Shown here: piece by piece, positions 48,090-58,958 of the stretch
Position numbering within the stretch: the first letter of the stretch is position 1
How the letters are laid out: each line of letters opens with the position of its first letter
From: a virus
Lineage: Duplodnaviria; Caudoviricetes
Virus record (IMG/VR): IMGVR_UViG_3300029288_007102
Span: 119,209 to 183,208 of that record
Length of the DNA: 64,000 bases
Reading direction: 5' to 3' (one strand)
The notes under the pieces: generated by a model
Databases searched by the model: none
What the model saw: the letters and a program-made list of their open reading frames with translations, nothing else
Told to the model about the DNA's origin: nothing
Made by a program: the position numbers and the translations under genes

Positions 48090-48779
48090 ATGAACATGAA
48101 GAAATGGCTAGTGGTTTTATTTCTTTTGGTAAGTTCCTTGTGTTGGGCAACAGCAATACCTGACCATCCATCGGGAAGGATCAGTGATTATGCCGGGATA
48201 TTCTCTCAGGCAGTGATAAGTGAGGTTACAGGCATTCTGGAGAATTATGAGAAGCAGACCACTAACCAGATTGCAGTGGCCACATTTAATTCTCTGGAGG
48301 GTGGAAGTCTGGAAGATTTTTCCATTAAGCTGGCGGAGAAGTGGAAGATTGGCCAGAAGGATAAGAATAATGGTGTGATCTTGGTAATTTTTAAAGATGA
48401 CCGAAAGGTAAGGATTGAAGTGGGTTATGGGTTAGAACCAGTATTGACAGATGCTAAATGCCAGGGAATAATGCAGAGGGCTATTGTCCCAAACTTTAAG
48501 GCTGGCGATTATGATGCTGGGCTGAGGGCAAGTGTAGGGCAGATTATAGAGGTTCTTAGCGGAGAGAAAGAGGAAAGGTTAACAGACCAAGATAAACCTT
48601 CTATAGGGATGATTATTTTGATTGTGTTTATTATAATTCTTATTATTATAGTTGTTGCTATTGGTGCTTTTGGTGGTGGATCAAGTGGTGGTTACTACAG
48701 TGGGGGTTCTAGCGGATCCGGTGGTTTTAGTGGGGGTGGAGGCAGTTTTGGCGGTGGTGGTGCTAGCGGAAGATTTTAG
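48090..48779 (+). CDS. TPM domain protein (YgcG-like)
   Basis: QIAVAT, WKIGQKDKNNGVIL, RIEVGYGLEPVLTD, TM, GGGSFGGGGASG tail. Confidence 0.93.
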   Translation: MNMKKWLVVLFLLVSSLCWATAIPDHPSGRISDYAGIFSQAVISEVTGILENYEKQTTNQIAVATFNSLEGGSLEDFSIKLAEKWKIGQKDKNNGVILVIFKDDRKVRIEVGYGLEPVLTDAKCQGIMQRAIVPNFKAGDYDAGLRASVGQIIEVLSGEKEERLTDQDKPSIGMIILIVFIIILIIIVVAIGAFGGGSSGGYYSGGSSGSGGFSGGGGSFGGGGASGRF

Positions 48780-49210
48780 GGGGGTTGATGTTTGTAGAAG
48801 AGGATTATATAAAGAAATATTGTAAACCTGCTACTCCAGATTGTTGTAGGTATTTACTTATGGGGCCTGAGGGTTGGTTCTGTGGAAAGCTTGATATTCC
48901 TGCGAAGCTATTGTTGGATGCAAGAGTGGCTAAGGGTGATATGAATGCTGTAGGAGACAACTGTAAAGGTAAGAATTTTGAGAGGGAGAGAAAAAGATGA
49001 GTCTTCTTGATTATCGCCGAAATTCTTGGTTTGCCGGGCTTTGCCTCGATTGTGGCTACAATGTTGTTATTACTCAGCCTATATTGCGGAATGAGGATTA
49101 TTGGTGGTATTGTTCTAATAAAGGCTGTCCACATCATATTATAGGGGAGCATACGGGTGATATGGAAAAGCCTGAATGGGTCAGGTTTATAAAATAATAA
49201 GGAGGGGATT

Positions 49211-49582
49211 ATGGGTATTGGGGATTTGATTTCGCTTTTGAAACAAACAGTTAAGGTTGTGAAGTGTGAAAACTGTGGGGTCTTGATGGTCAATCTTGAC
49301 GAAAAAGATTTGTCTCCAGGGGATCTGAATAAGCTAAGAGATCTTGGTTTAAAAGTATCTAATCCTGGGACGACCAATCAATTGTGTTTGAATTGTGAAA
49401 TAAAGAGAGAGGAGCCAGTTTCAAATAGGAGAAAGGTTAATGATTTTTTTGAGCATCATTCTCACGACAACGATTCTGGCTTCTTCTCTGGTGGTGGGGG
49501 ATTTGGAGGGTTTGGTGGGTTCGGAGGCTTTAGTGGTGGTGGTGGAAGTTTTGGTGGTGGAGGAGCAAGTAGTGGGTGGTAA
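49211..49582 (+). CDS. Zn-ribbon protein with YgcG-type Gly-rich tail
   Basis: CENC..CLNC; GFSGGGGSFGGGGASSGW. Confidence 0.6.
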   Translation: MGIGDLISLLKQTVKVVKCENCGVLMVNLDEKDLSPGDLNKLRDLGLKVSNPGTTNQLCLNCEIKREEPVSNRRKVNDFFEHHSHDNDSGFFSGGGGFGGFGGFGGFSGGGGSFGGGGASSGW

Positions 49583-49596
49583 ATAATAAAGAAAAT

Positions 49597-49667
49597 TGAG
49601 GAGTCGTCTAATGGTAGGACAAGGGTTTTTGATGCCCTCGATGTTGGTCCGATTCCAGCCTCCTCAG
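49597..49667 (+). tRNA. tRNA-Gln(TTG)
   Basis: TGAGGAG/CTCCTCA, AGGGT-TTTTGAT-GCCCT, T loop TCCGATT (atypical), G73. Confidence 0.85.
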
Positions 49668-49671
49668 ATGT

Positions 49672-49744
49672 AGAGCGGTCGTTTAATTGGCTAAGACCCC
49701 GATCTCCAAAATCGGCGATCCAGGTTCAACTCCTGTCCGCTCTG
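49672..49744 (+). tRNA. tRNA-Trp(CCA)
   Basis: AGAGCGG/CCGCTCT, CCGAT-CTCCAAA-ATCGG, TTCAACT loop. Confidence 0.9.
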
Positions 49745-49875
49745 AATATAATATTTGTGGGTACACGCAGCCGAAATTGTGTGTCTATGAGGAAAAGAGT
49801 ACCGGGATAAGCTCCGGAAGGGATGACTACTTGTAGTGAGGTAAGCTGGCGATGGTTACTGAGGCCCTACCATTT

Positions 49876-49951
49876 GGCACGGTGCCCGAGCCTGGTTGAA
49901 GGGTGCAGTCTGCAAAACTGTAAACCGCTGGTTCAAATCCAGTCCGTGCCT
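49876..49951 (+). tRNA. tRNA-Cys(GCA)
   Basis: GGCACGG/CCGTGCC, GCAGT-CTGCAAA-ACTGT, TTCAAAT, U73. Confidence 0.92.
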
Positions 49952-50572
49952 AGTAAAAGATTTTCGGGTGTCCGATATGAGAAGAAAATGTCCGCAATAA
50001 TGTCCGATATATAAGGAATATTATGTGGAATGTTTCTGAGGATTTTGAGGATAGTTTTTGGGAAAGTTGTTGGTTTAAGCTAAAAGAAATCTTTGTCTGC
50101 TCTCGGAAAGGGCATGATATGGATGAATACGGATGCCCCCCGTACGATTACCAGAAAGGTGTCCGGGAGCATATCACTTGGGATGTTCAGACATATAAGT
50201 GCCATAGATGCCATAAATTAAGGATTGGGATATAGGATTGTTGACTTCGGGAAAGATTTTCCCCCATTCTGGCTTGCTCTTTGTACAACTCAGAACGAAA
50301 GTGGGTATAGCATTTTATTTGTGACGAAAGACTTTGCTGTTTGGGGGAATTTTTAAAAAGGAATGGTGATGAGATTTAAGCCAAAACGTAATGAAATATA
50401 TTATACTATAACCATTTTGGAAGGAGAATTTAAGGCAGTTTTTTTTGAATGGACTTGCGACGATATGGATCGTGGCCGTTATAAAGTACATAATTGTTTT
50501 AGGACAAAAGGAGAGGTGGATAAAGCGATAGATAAGATTTTAAAAGTTTTGAATAAAAAATAAGAGGTTGTT

Positions 50573-50965
50573 ATGAAATACCCAAGGATGACCCGGCAAC
50601 AACGGGTGTTAAGAGGATCGGGAAAATTAACGGAGACTCGGATTGAGAAGATAAAGATTTTAAGATTATTGGGTTTGACCTATGTGCAAATTGCTTATGT
50701 GATGAAGATTAATAAGACGATGGTTATGTATTGGTGTTTGCCGGAGTTTAGAGAGAAAGTTATCAGGAAGAATTCTGTGGCAACTTCTCGGAGATGGCAG
50801 AATTGGCCACAAGAGAAGAGATCTCTCCAAAGCAAAAGGGCTTTAGAGCGGATTAGAGATAGATGCAAAACTGACAAGCTTTTTGAAGTTTGGTATAAAA
50901 CATATCATCGAGAGCATGGTAGAAAAAGTTATATAGATTTACAAAGGCAGATTAATGGTGGGTGA
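50573..50965 (+). CDS. HTH-containing hypothetical protein
   Basis: KLTE..I..IK.L...GLTYVQIAYVMKINKTMV. Confidence 0.55.
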   Translation: MKYPRMTRQQRVLRGSGKLTETRIEKIKILRLLGLTYVQIAYVMKINKTMVMYWCLPEFREKVIRKNSVATSRRWQNWPQEKRSLQSKRALERIRDRCKTDKLFEVWYKTYHREHGRKSYIDLQRQINGG

Positions 50966-50971
50966 GTAATT

Positions 50972-51250
50972 ATGGGTGAGGTTGGCAAAAAATATGATCA
51001 AGAGAAGCCTCGCTGGGAGTTATTACCTTTGGCTACAGTTGAAGATATTGTTAAGGTGATGACCTTTGGTGCGAAAAAATATGGTGACAATAATTGGAAA
51101 TTAGTGGAGCCAAAGCAAAGATATTTTGCGGCGGCATTAAGGCATTTGAAGGCCTGGCAATCTGGGGAAATTATAGATAAGGAGAGCGGCTTGCCTCATC
51201 TGGCCCATGCTTTGTGTTCACTTTTGTTTTTGCATTATTTAGATAAATAG
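50972..51250 (+). CDS. dATP/dGTP diphosphohydrolase domain protein (DUF5664-like)
   Basis: KYDQEKPRWELLP, FGAKKYGDNNW, AALRHL, DKESGLPHLAHA. Confidence 0.85.
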   Translation: MGEVGKKYDQEKPRWELLPLATVEDIVKVMTFGAKKYGDNNWKLVEPKQRYFAAALRHLKAWQSGEIIDKESGLPHLAHALCSLLFLHYLDK

Positions 51251-51266
51251 TTTTGGAGGGAGACGA

Positions 51267-51893
51267 GTGGTATTAAAGGGGAAGAAACCTTGGAATTATA
51301 GAGGGATAACTGATAAAATTTCTTTTTGTGTAGGTTGTGGAAAAAAGGTTGGGTACAATTATATAAGGTGCCCGAGTTGTGCGAAAAAGGGGAAATTGAA
51401 CCCGCTTTATGGCAAAAAACGGGTGGTTTCTGCGGAGACAAGAGAGAAGCTCAGAATAGCGAAGACTGGGCAGAAATGCCCTCAACAAAGTGAATGGATG
51501 AAAATACACAAGCCTCATTTAGGCCATAAGCATTCTAAAGAAACTAAAGCTTTAATAGGTGCATTGGCGAAAGAAAGATATAAAAATTCGGAAGACAATC
51601 CTAATTATAAACATGGCAGAGGTAATGATCCTTATCCGCTTATATTTAGTTATAGGTTAAAAAATAAAATAAAGGGGCGGGATAATTATAGGTGTTTGAA
51701 TTGTGGAATTAGCGAAGAGGAACACCTTAAATTAGTGGGAACCAAATTACATATACATCACGTAGATTACGATAAAACTAATATTGCGTATTATAACTTG
51801 GCGACAACTTGTAGGGCATGCAATATGATGGCTAATAGTGATAGAGATTTTTGGATGGATATTTATCAGAGGAAATTGATTTCTTATATTTAA
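51267..51893 (+). CDS. HNH homing endonuclease with NUMOD3 motifs
   Basis: NPLYGK, SAETREKL, HSKETK, RDNYRCLNC, HIHHVDYDKTN..NL..CRACN. Confidence 0.85.
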   Translation: MVLKGKKPWNYRGITDKISFCVGCGKKVGYNYIRCPSCAKKGKLNPLYGKKRVVSAETREKLRIAKTGQKCPQQSEWMKIHKPHLGHKHSKETKALIGALAKERYKNSEDNPNYKHGRGNDPYPLIFSYRLKNKIKGRDNYRCLNCGISEEEHLKLVGTKLHIHHVDYDKTNIAYYNLATTCRACNMMANSDRDFWMDIYQRKLISYI

Positions 51894-51903
51894 TGGAGGT
51901 AAC

Positions 51904-52197
51904 ATGGAGGTAAAGAAATATTTTGACGAGAAGATGAGGGATCCGAAATTCCGTAGGATCTGTGAACGGGAGTTGGAGAGGCAAAAGATTGCTTCAGCGA
52001 TTGTTGATTATCGAGTTAAAAAGAATCTTACTCAAAAACAATTAGGGGAAAAATTTAACATTTCTCAACAGTATATATCAAAGTTGGAAGATGGGGATTT
52101 TGGCAGTTTGGAAAAAGTTAAACCTTTTTTGGAGAAGCTCGGTTATCGGTTAGAGTTTAAGATTGTGCCGATTAAGAAAGAGAAAACTAATGTTTAA
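51904..52197 (+). CDS. XRE-family HTH protein
   Basis: LTQKQLGEKFNISQQYISKLEDG. Confidence 0.88.
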   Translation: MEVKKYFDEKMRDPKFRRICERELERQKIASAIVDYRVKKNLTQKQLGEKFNISQQYISKLEDGDFGSLEKVKPFLEKLGYRLEFKIVPIKKEKTNV

Positions 52198-52742
52198 TCT
52201 TGCGGGGGAGATTGAAGAGGTGCTGCGTAGGTACCATTCTTGTGATAACTCAAGCTGCGGTAATGGAGCAATTTGTAATTACTGTTCCTTAAAAAAGGAT
52301 ATAGAATCTATTTTGGATAAGGCGAGGAGGGGAAGATGAGTAGTAAAAATGAAGATATTCGCAGTAGAACACAAATTATAATAGATGAGATTTTGTGTGG
52401 TGGTTTTGCTAAAGAAGAATTACAACAAATAATTGATGTTTGTATTAAGGAACAGGAGAGCTTATAATCCTTAAAAGAAAGTGAAAGAGGGAAAATAATG
52501 GGACATCAAATAATTAAACAACCAGATGGGAAATATTGTGTATGGAGTACTATTGTGGAGGGGCTTATCTTAGAGAATGTGACCAAAGACGATCTTCTTC
52601 ACTATTATCTCGACAGGGCAGTTTTAGAAGAAAAGCAAAAGTTGGCTGAAATTCTTAAGAATGTAGATGCTGGAACTCCTGAGCAAGTATATCTAAATAC
52701 TGTTATAACTTATGATGAAGTAAAGGGAAAGCGAGGGGAAAG

Positions 52743-53204
52743 ATGAAAACTAGTTCTTATAAACAGACTGCGGTTCATTGGGGTAAAAGCCAGGCAGACA
52801 TTTCTAAGTTGCTGATGAAATATAATATTGGGGATACTCGGTTTACTTTTTTGAATAGTAAGAGTGAATTGATTTGTGAGTTTAACTATCCTATGAGGGA
52901 GGATAATAAGGATGTGATAGTGGGGGTGCGTATTGCCACTCCTATCCCACATAGCAAGGATCTTGAGCAGGCTAAGAACCAGGTACACCGGGCCCTGTTC
53001 TATTATCTTAAATCTAAATTTGAGGCTCTTAATTTTGGTTTAGTAGAGTTTATCCAGGAGTTTATGCCTCATCTTAGCTTGTATGACAAGAACGGCAACC
53101 CTACAACTTTATATCAACAGATCATCCCCCAATATAAGAAGCAGTTGCTTACCGGGGAGCAGGGGGAGATAAAGATGTTGGGGGGACCTAAGGATGAGAG
53201 ATAG
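52743..53204 (+). CDS. hypothetical phage protein
   Basis: 153-aa ORF, coupled start. Confidence 0.6.
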   Translation: MKTSSYKQTAVHWGKSQADISKLLMKYNIGDTRFTFLNSKSELICEFNYPMREDNKDVIVGVRIATPIPHSKDLEQAKNQVHRALFYYLKSKFEALNFGLVEFIQEFMPHLSLYDKNGNPTTLYQQIIPQYKKQLLTGEQGEIKMLGGPKDER

Positions 53205-53453
53205 GGGGCTATTGACAGTTCAGCAACTGAATAATGCTGGAAGGCGAGCGTGGATTCTTGGTGGGCTTATGGGGAAGATGATCTTGTGGCCTATTGGGGC
53301 GACTGTTAAGAATATGATAGGGCAGGAAGGAAAAATAGTAGATTATGAATCTTATTGTATTTCTAAGAACGCTTTAGAGCTTGCTGTTAAGGAAAAAGAT
53401 TTTCCTTATAATATTAGATATTGGGATGAGAGAGAGATTGTCTTGGTGAAGAG

Positions 53454-54137
53454 ATGAGGCAGTATCCTGAACCTCTTGATCGCAATAAAACAGATCTAAC
53501 CCATAAGCTGACGGCTTTGGCTTCTGGTTATCTGGCCTATATAGGGTGTAAACCTATTGAGACGGAGGTCCCTGTAGCCCCTGGGTGGATAGCGGATGTG
53601 GCAGGATTTACTTATCCTACACAGACTGAATTGAAGAACGCAAAGCTATTAAAGAGGTTGGTGGTAGAAAATCCTCAGCTGAAAGGAGTTCCGGATTACC
53701 AACTGGATAATATCTTTAAGATGAGGAATTATTTCCCTTTGACAGCTTTATGTGAAGTGAAAATATCGATTGCCGATTTTAAGAAAGATCTGGAGAGAAA
53801 GTTCCAGAAGGGTGCGGCCAATTTGAATTATTTGGTTATACCCCAAAGTATTAAGGAAGCTGTTTTGGATATTGAACCTCACTTTTTATTCCTTCATCTT
53901 AAGTGGGGAATGATTGTTTGTTCTGACTCTGGGGAGAAAATAACTAAAGTAGAATCCCCGGCAGTTGTACCTATGACGGCGGCAGATACTATAGATTTTA
54001 TTGCCAGCGTGGCGATAAAGAGAGATCATCGGTCTAGATATTCTTATATGAGAGTGATGATGAAATCCTATCGGGTGGAACAAAGGGAAAGGAAAGAAAG
54101 AGAAAAGCGGTGGGACGAAACAAATCCGATTCTATAA
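53454..54137 (+). CDS. PD-(D/E)XK nuclease-like protein (MmcB-like)
   Basis: ETEV..IADVAG...CEVKISIADFKKD. Confidence 0.6.
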   Translation: MRQYPEPLDRNKTDLTHKLTALASGYLAYIGCKPIETEVPVAPGWIADVAGFTYPTQTELKNAKLLKRLVVENPQLKGVPDYQLDNIFKMRNYFPLTALCEVKISIADFKKDLERKFQKGAANLNYLVIPQSIKEAVLDIEPHFLFLHLKWGMIVCSDSGEKITKVESPAVVPMTAADTIDFIASVAIKRDHRSRYSYMRVMMKSYRVEQRERKEREKRWDETNPIL

Positions 54138-54156
54138 TACTTATTGAGGAGAAGAG

Positions 54157-54534
54157 ATGAAAAGAAAAGAAGAACGTCAGGCTATTCTTCTGAGGACAAC
54201 TCCGGAGATGCATAGAGAGCTTGCTGAAGACGCTAGAGCTAAAGGTCTTTCCCTTAACGCTTTGTTAAACCAGCGTCTGGAGGAGAAGTTAAGGTATTTG
54301 GCGATTCCTATAATTAGGATGAATAATAAAGAATTTGAATTGGTAGTTAAAGAGGCTACGGAACGGATTAAGAATTTTATTTATATGAACGCAAAACAGA
54401 GGGTGAAAGAGGAATTGGTGAGAAGAAGAAAAAAGATTAGGCCTGTCGACAAGATTACTTTTACTTATTATTTTAGTTTAAACGGGAGTGATATTGTACA
54501 GTTTCTTGGGGGATTGAGAAGGAAAAATAAGTGA
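54157..54534 (+). CDS. Arc/HicB-like RHH DNA-binding protein
   Basis: ILLRTTPEMHRELAEDARAKGLSLNALL. Confidence 0.7.
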   Translation: MKRKEERQAILLRTTPEMHRELAEDARAKGLSLNALLNQRLEEKLRYLAIPIIRMNNKEFELVVKEATERIKNFIYMNAKQRVKEELVRRRKKIRPVDKITFTYYFSLNGSDIVQFLGGLRRKNK

Positions 54535-57345
54535 GGAGGCATTATGGCCAAGTATAAGAGTGTGATGGATCGGTTTTTTGAGAAGGTGAAAGTGACGAAG
54601 AAAAGTTTTCTGTCTCCCAAGGGAGAAGGAATGGGCACTAGTTTTGTTAGTTTTTCTAACGGGGGGGAATATCCCTATGGATGGGAGTATGACGAAGGAT
54701 GGGAGATTGGAATTTGACAAAGATATTGTATTAAAAGAAATGAGCGTTCCCCCAACAGAAATAAAGCTTGGGCAGATTACCGTGAAGGCTTTTCAATTAA
54801 AACAATTAATTAAGAGGCTGAAGGCGAAGAATTTGGATACGGCTATTTATGCCAAGGCTTTACAGCAGCTTATCAACCGGAAGATCTATCTTAAAGTAAA
54901 GGACCACGTGGAAGCTCTGCCAATTACCAATGATGCGAAGATACAGGAATTAATTAAGAAATATAAATTAGTGTTCCGACCTATGGGTGGGATCACTAAG
55001 GAGATGCCTTTAGAGGTGGTAGAGTCTTTAGATAAGTTCTGCCAGCCTTTAGAGAAAGTGGGTATTGTTTTTGGTAGAGAGGATTTTCATTTGATTGCCC
55101 CGGAAGATTGGTGGCAGAAGAACCGGGATCCGATCCTCTTGGTGGGAAGCCCTTTTGGGAACTACTGGTATATAGTTTGTGCCTGGGATAAGGAAGTTGA
55201 CATTTTAGGGGAGTTGTTTGAAGATTAGGGGGATGTATGCTTAATAAACCGCAGTTGGAGTCTCTACAGAAATCAGAGTTGCTGGAGAAGAAATTGCTTA
55301 GTGATCTGAATTTGTTGAGAGATCTTCATAGAATAGAGGCCCGGCTGCAAGATCGGTTAATGGCGGATTTAAAGCTGTATCGTTGTCAAGGTTGTTTAAA
55401 CCAACATAAATGTTGGAATAATTATTTTGAGTCAGCGACGATTGTAAATGGCAATTGTTTGAATAGGAAATGAGGGGTGGAAAAATGAAAAGGAAGATAG
55501 AAGACGAATTGCGTTTCAATATTCTTGTGCCTATGGTGGTGGCGATTAACACTAGGCGGGATAATGATCCCCCTTTGACTATGCGGAGTGTTGCTGACAT
55601 TTATACAGGTACGATCAGAAAGATAATAGATCTTTTTAGGAAAGAGACTGCGTTGCCTGGGGATCTATTGTATTTTGTGACTACGATAGATAAGGATGGT
55701 CTTGCCAGGTGTATTGGGTTTTATCGGTCAATGAAGTATGCCCGGAAGATTATCAAGAAAAAGCACGACACTTTAAATGAGGCTGGTTATTATAAATATG
55801 CGGTCATAGAGGCGTTTGGTTGGGGATGGTACCCGATGGCGGCAAAGGAAGAGTGGTATGAGCTGAAAGAAAAGGGTGCTAGGAAAGTTAAGAAACCTAC
55901 CAGGTATAAGAATGAATGTAATTTTGGGTTAGGATAATTATGGCCGCAAAGATTAAGTGTCCGCATTGCAACAGGATCTTAAAGCAAGAAGGGGACTTTG
56001 GCAAACAAGCTCAGGGTACCTATCGGGTTTATGACAGTATACCAAATTGGACATGGGATAAAAACCCCCATCGGGTATTGAAGTGTTTAAAGTGTAGAAA
56101 ATTTTTTGAAAGGTGGGATGACTTTTGAGGAAGATGTATAATAAAATAGTGTTAGTGGTGTTTTTGGCAATGTCTGTTGTGTATACTGGGGGGATGTTGA
56201 TTGATGATGGAAGCACCTTACCCAGAAGATTGTTGTGGTTTTTCTTTCTAACTATGACTGGCGTTTTCTGGCATGAGGTTTCAGAAGATTCCAAGAAACC
56301 GGAGGGGAAAGATGGTACCAATACACAAACCGACAATAAGATTCGGTGATGTGGATTTTATTGATGTGACGAATGAGACGACAAGCAAGGAAACCTTTTC
56401 CCTGGCAGAGGCCAGAGTTTGGGGAGAAGAGCATCGGAGAATGTATTCTTCCAAGTAGGAGGATAGATGGATATTGACAGTTATGCTAGGGTAAAGAGAG
56501 GATCTCCTCTTTGGATGGATTCTTCTGGTGGGGTAGAAACTTTTCCGGCAGTTAGGTTTTCTGTTGAGGAGTATTCCGATCAAATTCGGAATGAGGTGGT
56601 TGTACGGGTTGGGAATTTATTATTAAAGGTCCCATATAGCCAGATTATTGGAGGCGGAGAAGGGGTGGTTGTTTTAAGACAGCCAGACTTTAAAGAGGTT
56701 GCATGTATTAGGGAAGTTGGGTTTGAGCCAAAAAACAGTGAGGAGGAGATAACTTTATGTTCAAAGTTTTTATGGGCAAGGAAATAATGGAAGGGCATAA
56801 GAAAGAAGTTCGGGATCTTACTGATAAGATTATAAGGTTGGAGGCAGAGAATAATAGCCTCAAAAGTAAGATCGATAGTCAGGATTATACTATAGAAGGG
56901 CAAAGGGTTGAGATTAAGACTCTCAAGTTTGATCTTAATCACCAGGAACAAAAAAATCAACTAGAGTTGGCCAAAGCATTGCAGGCCCAGGCAGAGAAGA
57001 CAAAAGAGGCTTTAGTTAAATCTGATTTGGAAAGAGAGAAGGCTCTTTCGGCTATAAGAGTTTATGAGAAGATGGATACTAAAGCGGATGCAAATACTAT
57101 AAAAGAAATGTTTGGTAAGATCATTGAGGTTATTGGTAAGAAGCAGACAGAAATAAATATGGTGAAGTAGGGGGTAGAATGAGTGTTCCTAAATATTCTA
57201 TGAGGGCGATTTGTTCTAACTGCAAGGCGAACTGGATTGTTGATATAGAGAAAGGTGTGATGGTTGAACAGGCTCAGAAAGATAAACATTGTGAGATTTG
57301 TGGGTGTCATCAGATTCACATCCAGCCATTGAAGGATCCTGTCTG

Positions 57346-57822
57346 ATGGCTGATAAAATTATCTTTCTTGATATAGACGGGGTTGTTTGTAGCATAAGAT
57401 CGGCGATAGCTTTTGGTGGATATCCTCATAGAGTCCGAGCGAAAGATATTAAACTCTTTGATCAGGTTGCCATTGCTTTAATCCGGCGGGTTTGCAAGGA
57501 GAGGGGGGCTAAGATAGTATTATCTTCGACATGGAGATTTACTGTTAGATATAAGTCTTTGGCGAAGAAATTGGATTTACCAATTATAGATAGTACTGCT
57601 ATGCATCGTAGGGAAAAAAGGGGAGATGAAATAAAGCAATGGCTAGATAAGTATCCAGAGGTAAAGGTGTATGCGATAGTAGATGACGACGATGATATGT
57701 TGGATGAGCAGGTGCCTTTTTTTGTAAAGGTAGATTCTCAGAATGGTTTGTCTTATAAGAATTATCTTGGGTTAAATACTATATTGGGTTGGGAAGTAGG
57801 GGAAGATGGAAAAAAAGTTTAA
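57346..57822 (+). CDS. HAD phosphatase, RNA-repair ('Swiss Army Knife') type
   Basis: IFLDIDGV, IVLSSTWR, RGDEIKQWL, YAIVDDDDD. Confidence 0.85.
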   Translation: MADKIIFLDIDGVVCSIRSAIAFGGYPHRVRAKDIKLFDQVAIALIRRVCKERGAKIVLSSTWRFTVRYKSLAKKLDLPIIDSTAMHRREKRGDEIKQWLDKYPEVKVYAIVDDDDDMLDEQVPFFVKVDSQNGLSYKNYLGLNTILGWEVGEDGKKV

Positions 57823-58168
57823 GGCTTGGGATAACAAAGAAAAGAAGATGTTGATTCAAAGTCCTTGTGCCTCAATGCAATTATTCCACATAACCCCACT
57901 TGGAAATGTATATCACGATCAAGGGAAGGTGTGGGACCTAACCCTCCTCCAATATACTGGCAAGGAGGATAAGGTAGGGAGAGAAATTTATGAAGGAGAC
58001 ATTTGTCGGTTCTACTCTATCTTAAATAGTTTGTGGGAGAATGTGGGGAAGGTTAGCCTTTATGATGGGGCTTTTTGGATAAGAGGGATCGCATTACATT
58101 GTTTTTCCCCGCAACAGTTAGAGATTATAGGGAATGATTTTGAAAATCCGGAATTATTAAAAAAATAG
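57806..58168 (+). CDS. YopX family protein
   Basis: KFKAWD, LQYTGKEDK.GREIYEGDI, EIIGNDFENPELL. Confidence 0.88.
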   Translation: MEKKFKAWDNKEKKMLIQSPCASMQLFHITPLGNVYHDQGKVWDLTLLQYTGKEDKVGREIYEGDICRFYSILNSLWENVGKVSLYDGAFWIRGIALHCFSPQQLEIIGNDFENPELLKK

Positions 58169-58483
58169 GAGGGTGATGATGGTTAAGAAAGTTAAATGGA
58201 ATTTTGCGGTAGTGAAAAGTATATTTGGCAATCTGTGGATAGGTAAGACTAAGTTGGCACCAGTTAAGGATAAGGTGTTCACCGATCTCAGTGAAGCTAT
58301 CGAGAAAGCTCAAGGTTTGTTTATGGAGGATCATATAGATTTTGATCCTTCTTTGGTGGAAGATGATGAGTTTTATGATTGCGAATTAGAGGTGGAGTAT
58401 AACGAGCTTGAGATGACCACAGAAGAGGATGCCGAAGAAATCAAGAAGGATTTGGAGAGGTTTATTGTTGGTGGGGGGTAAGT

Positions 58484-58801
58484 ATGGAAGACGTTAAGTG
58501 TCCTTATTGTAATGAAGGGCAAGAGATAAATCATGATGATGGCTATGGCTATGAAGAAGACAGAGTACACCAGCAAGAATGCGGTCATTGTGGAAAGACG
58601 TTTACTTATACTACTTATATCTCGTATCAATATGATGTGGGCCAGGCTCCTTGTTTGAACGGAGAACCACATTCGTGGAAAGAGCTTGGTGGTTATCCCC
58701 CTGGATATATGTCAAACTTTCATAGGTGTGAGTGGTGTGATCTAGAAGAAAAGAAGAATGAAAATTTAACATATAATGTTAGGGAAGATAAGTGGAGGTA
58801 G
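58484..58801 (+). CDS. zinc-finger hypothetical protein
   Basis: CPYC, CGHC, CLNGEPH, CEWC. Confidence 0.6.
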   Translation: MEDVKCPYCNEGQEINHDDGYGYEEDRVHQQECGHCGKTFTYTTYISYQYDVGQAPCLNGEPHSWKELGGYPPGYMSNFHRCEWCDLEEKKNENLTYNVREDKWR

Positions 58802-58958
58802 ATATGGCTAAGAGAAAAGAAATAAACTTTGATTGTACGGTTGCAGAATTTGCCCGGCAGATTAAGATACCTCTTTGGAAGATGATGGAGATTGGGAGAT
58901 ATTATGCTGGGCGACATAACAAGAAGTTGATAGACCTTATTGAAGAGATTAGGGATGG

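Noticed and set aside
49969-50010. Three TGTCCG copies after tRNA-Cys
   Set aside because: Too short and irregularly spaced to support a call
44621-51250. Z-genome (PurZ) pathway from the PurA-like and dATP/dGTP diphosphohydrolase genes
   Set aside because: The enzyme retains the PurA Asp (GDEGKG) rather than the PurZ Ser; no DatZ-type HD gene seen
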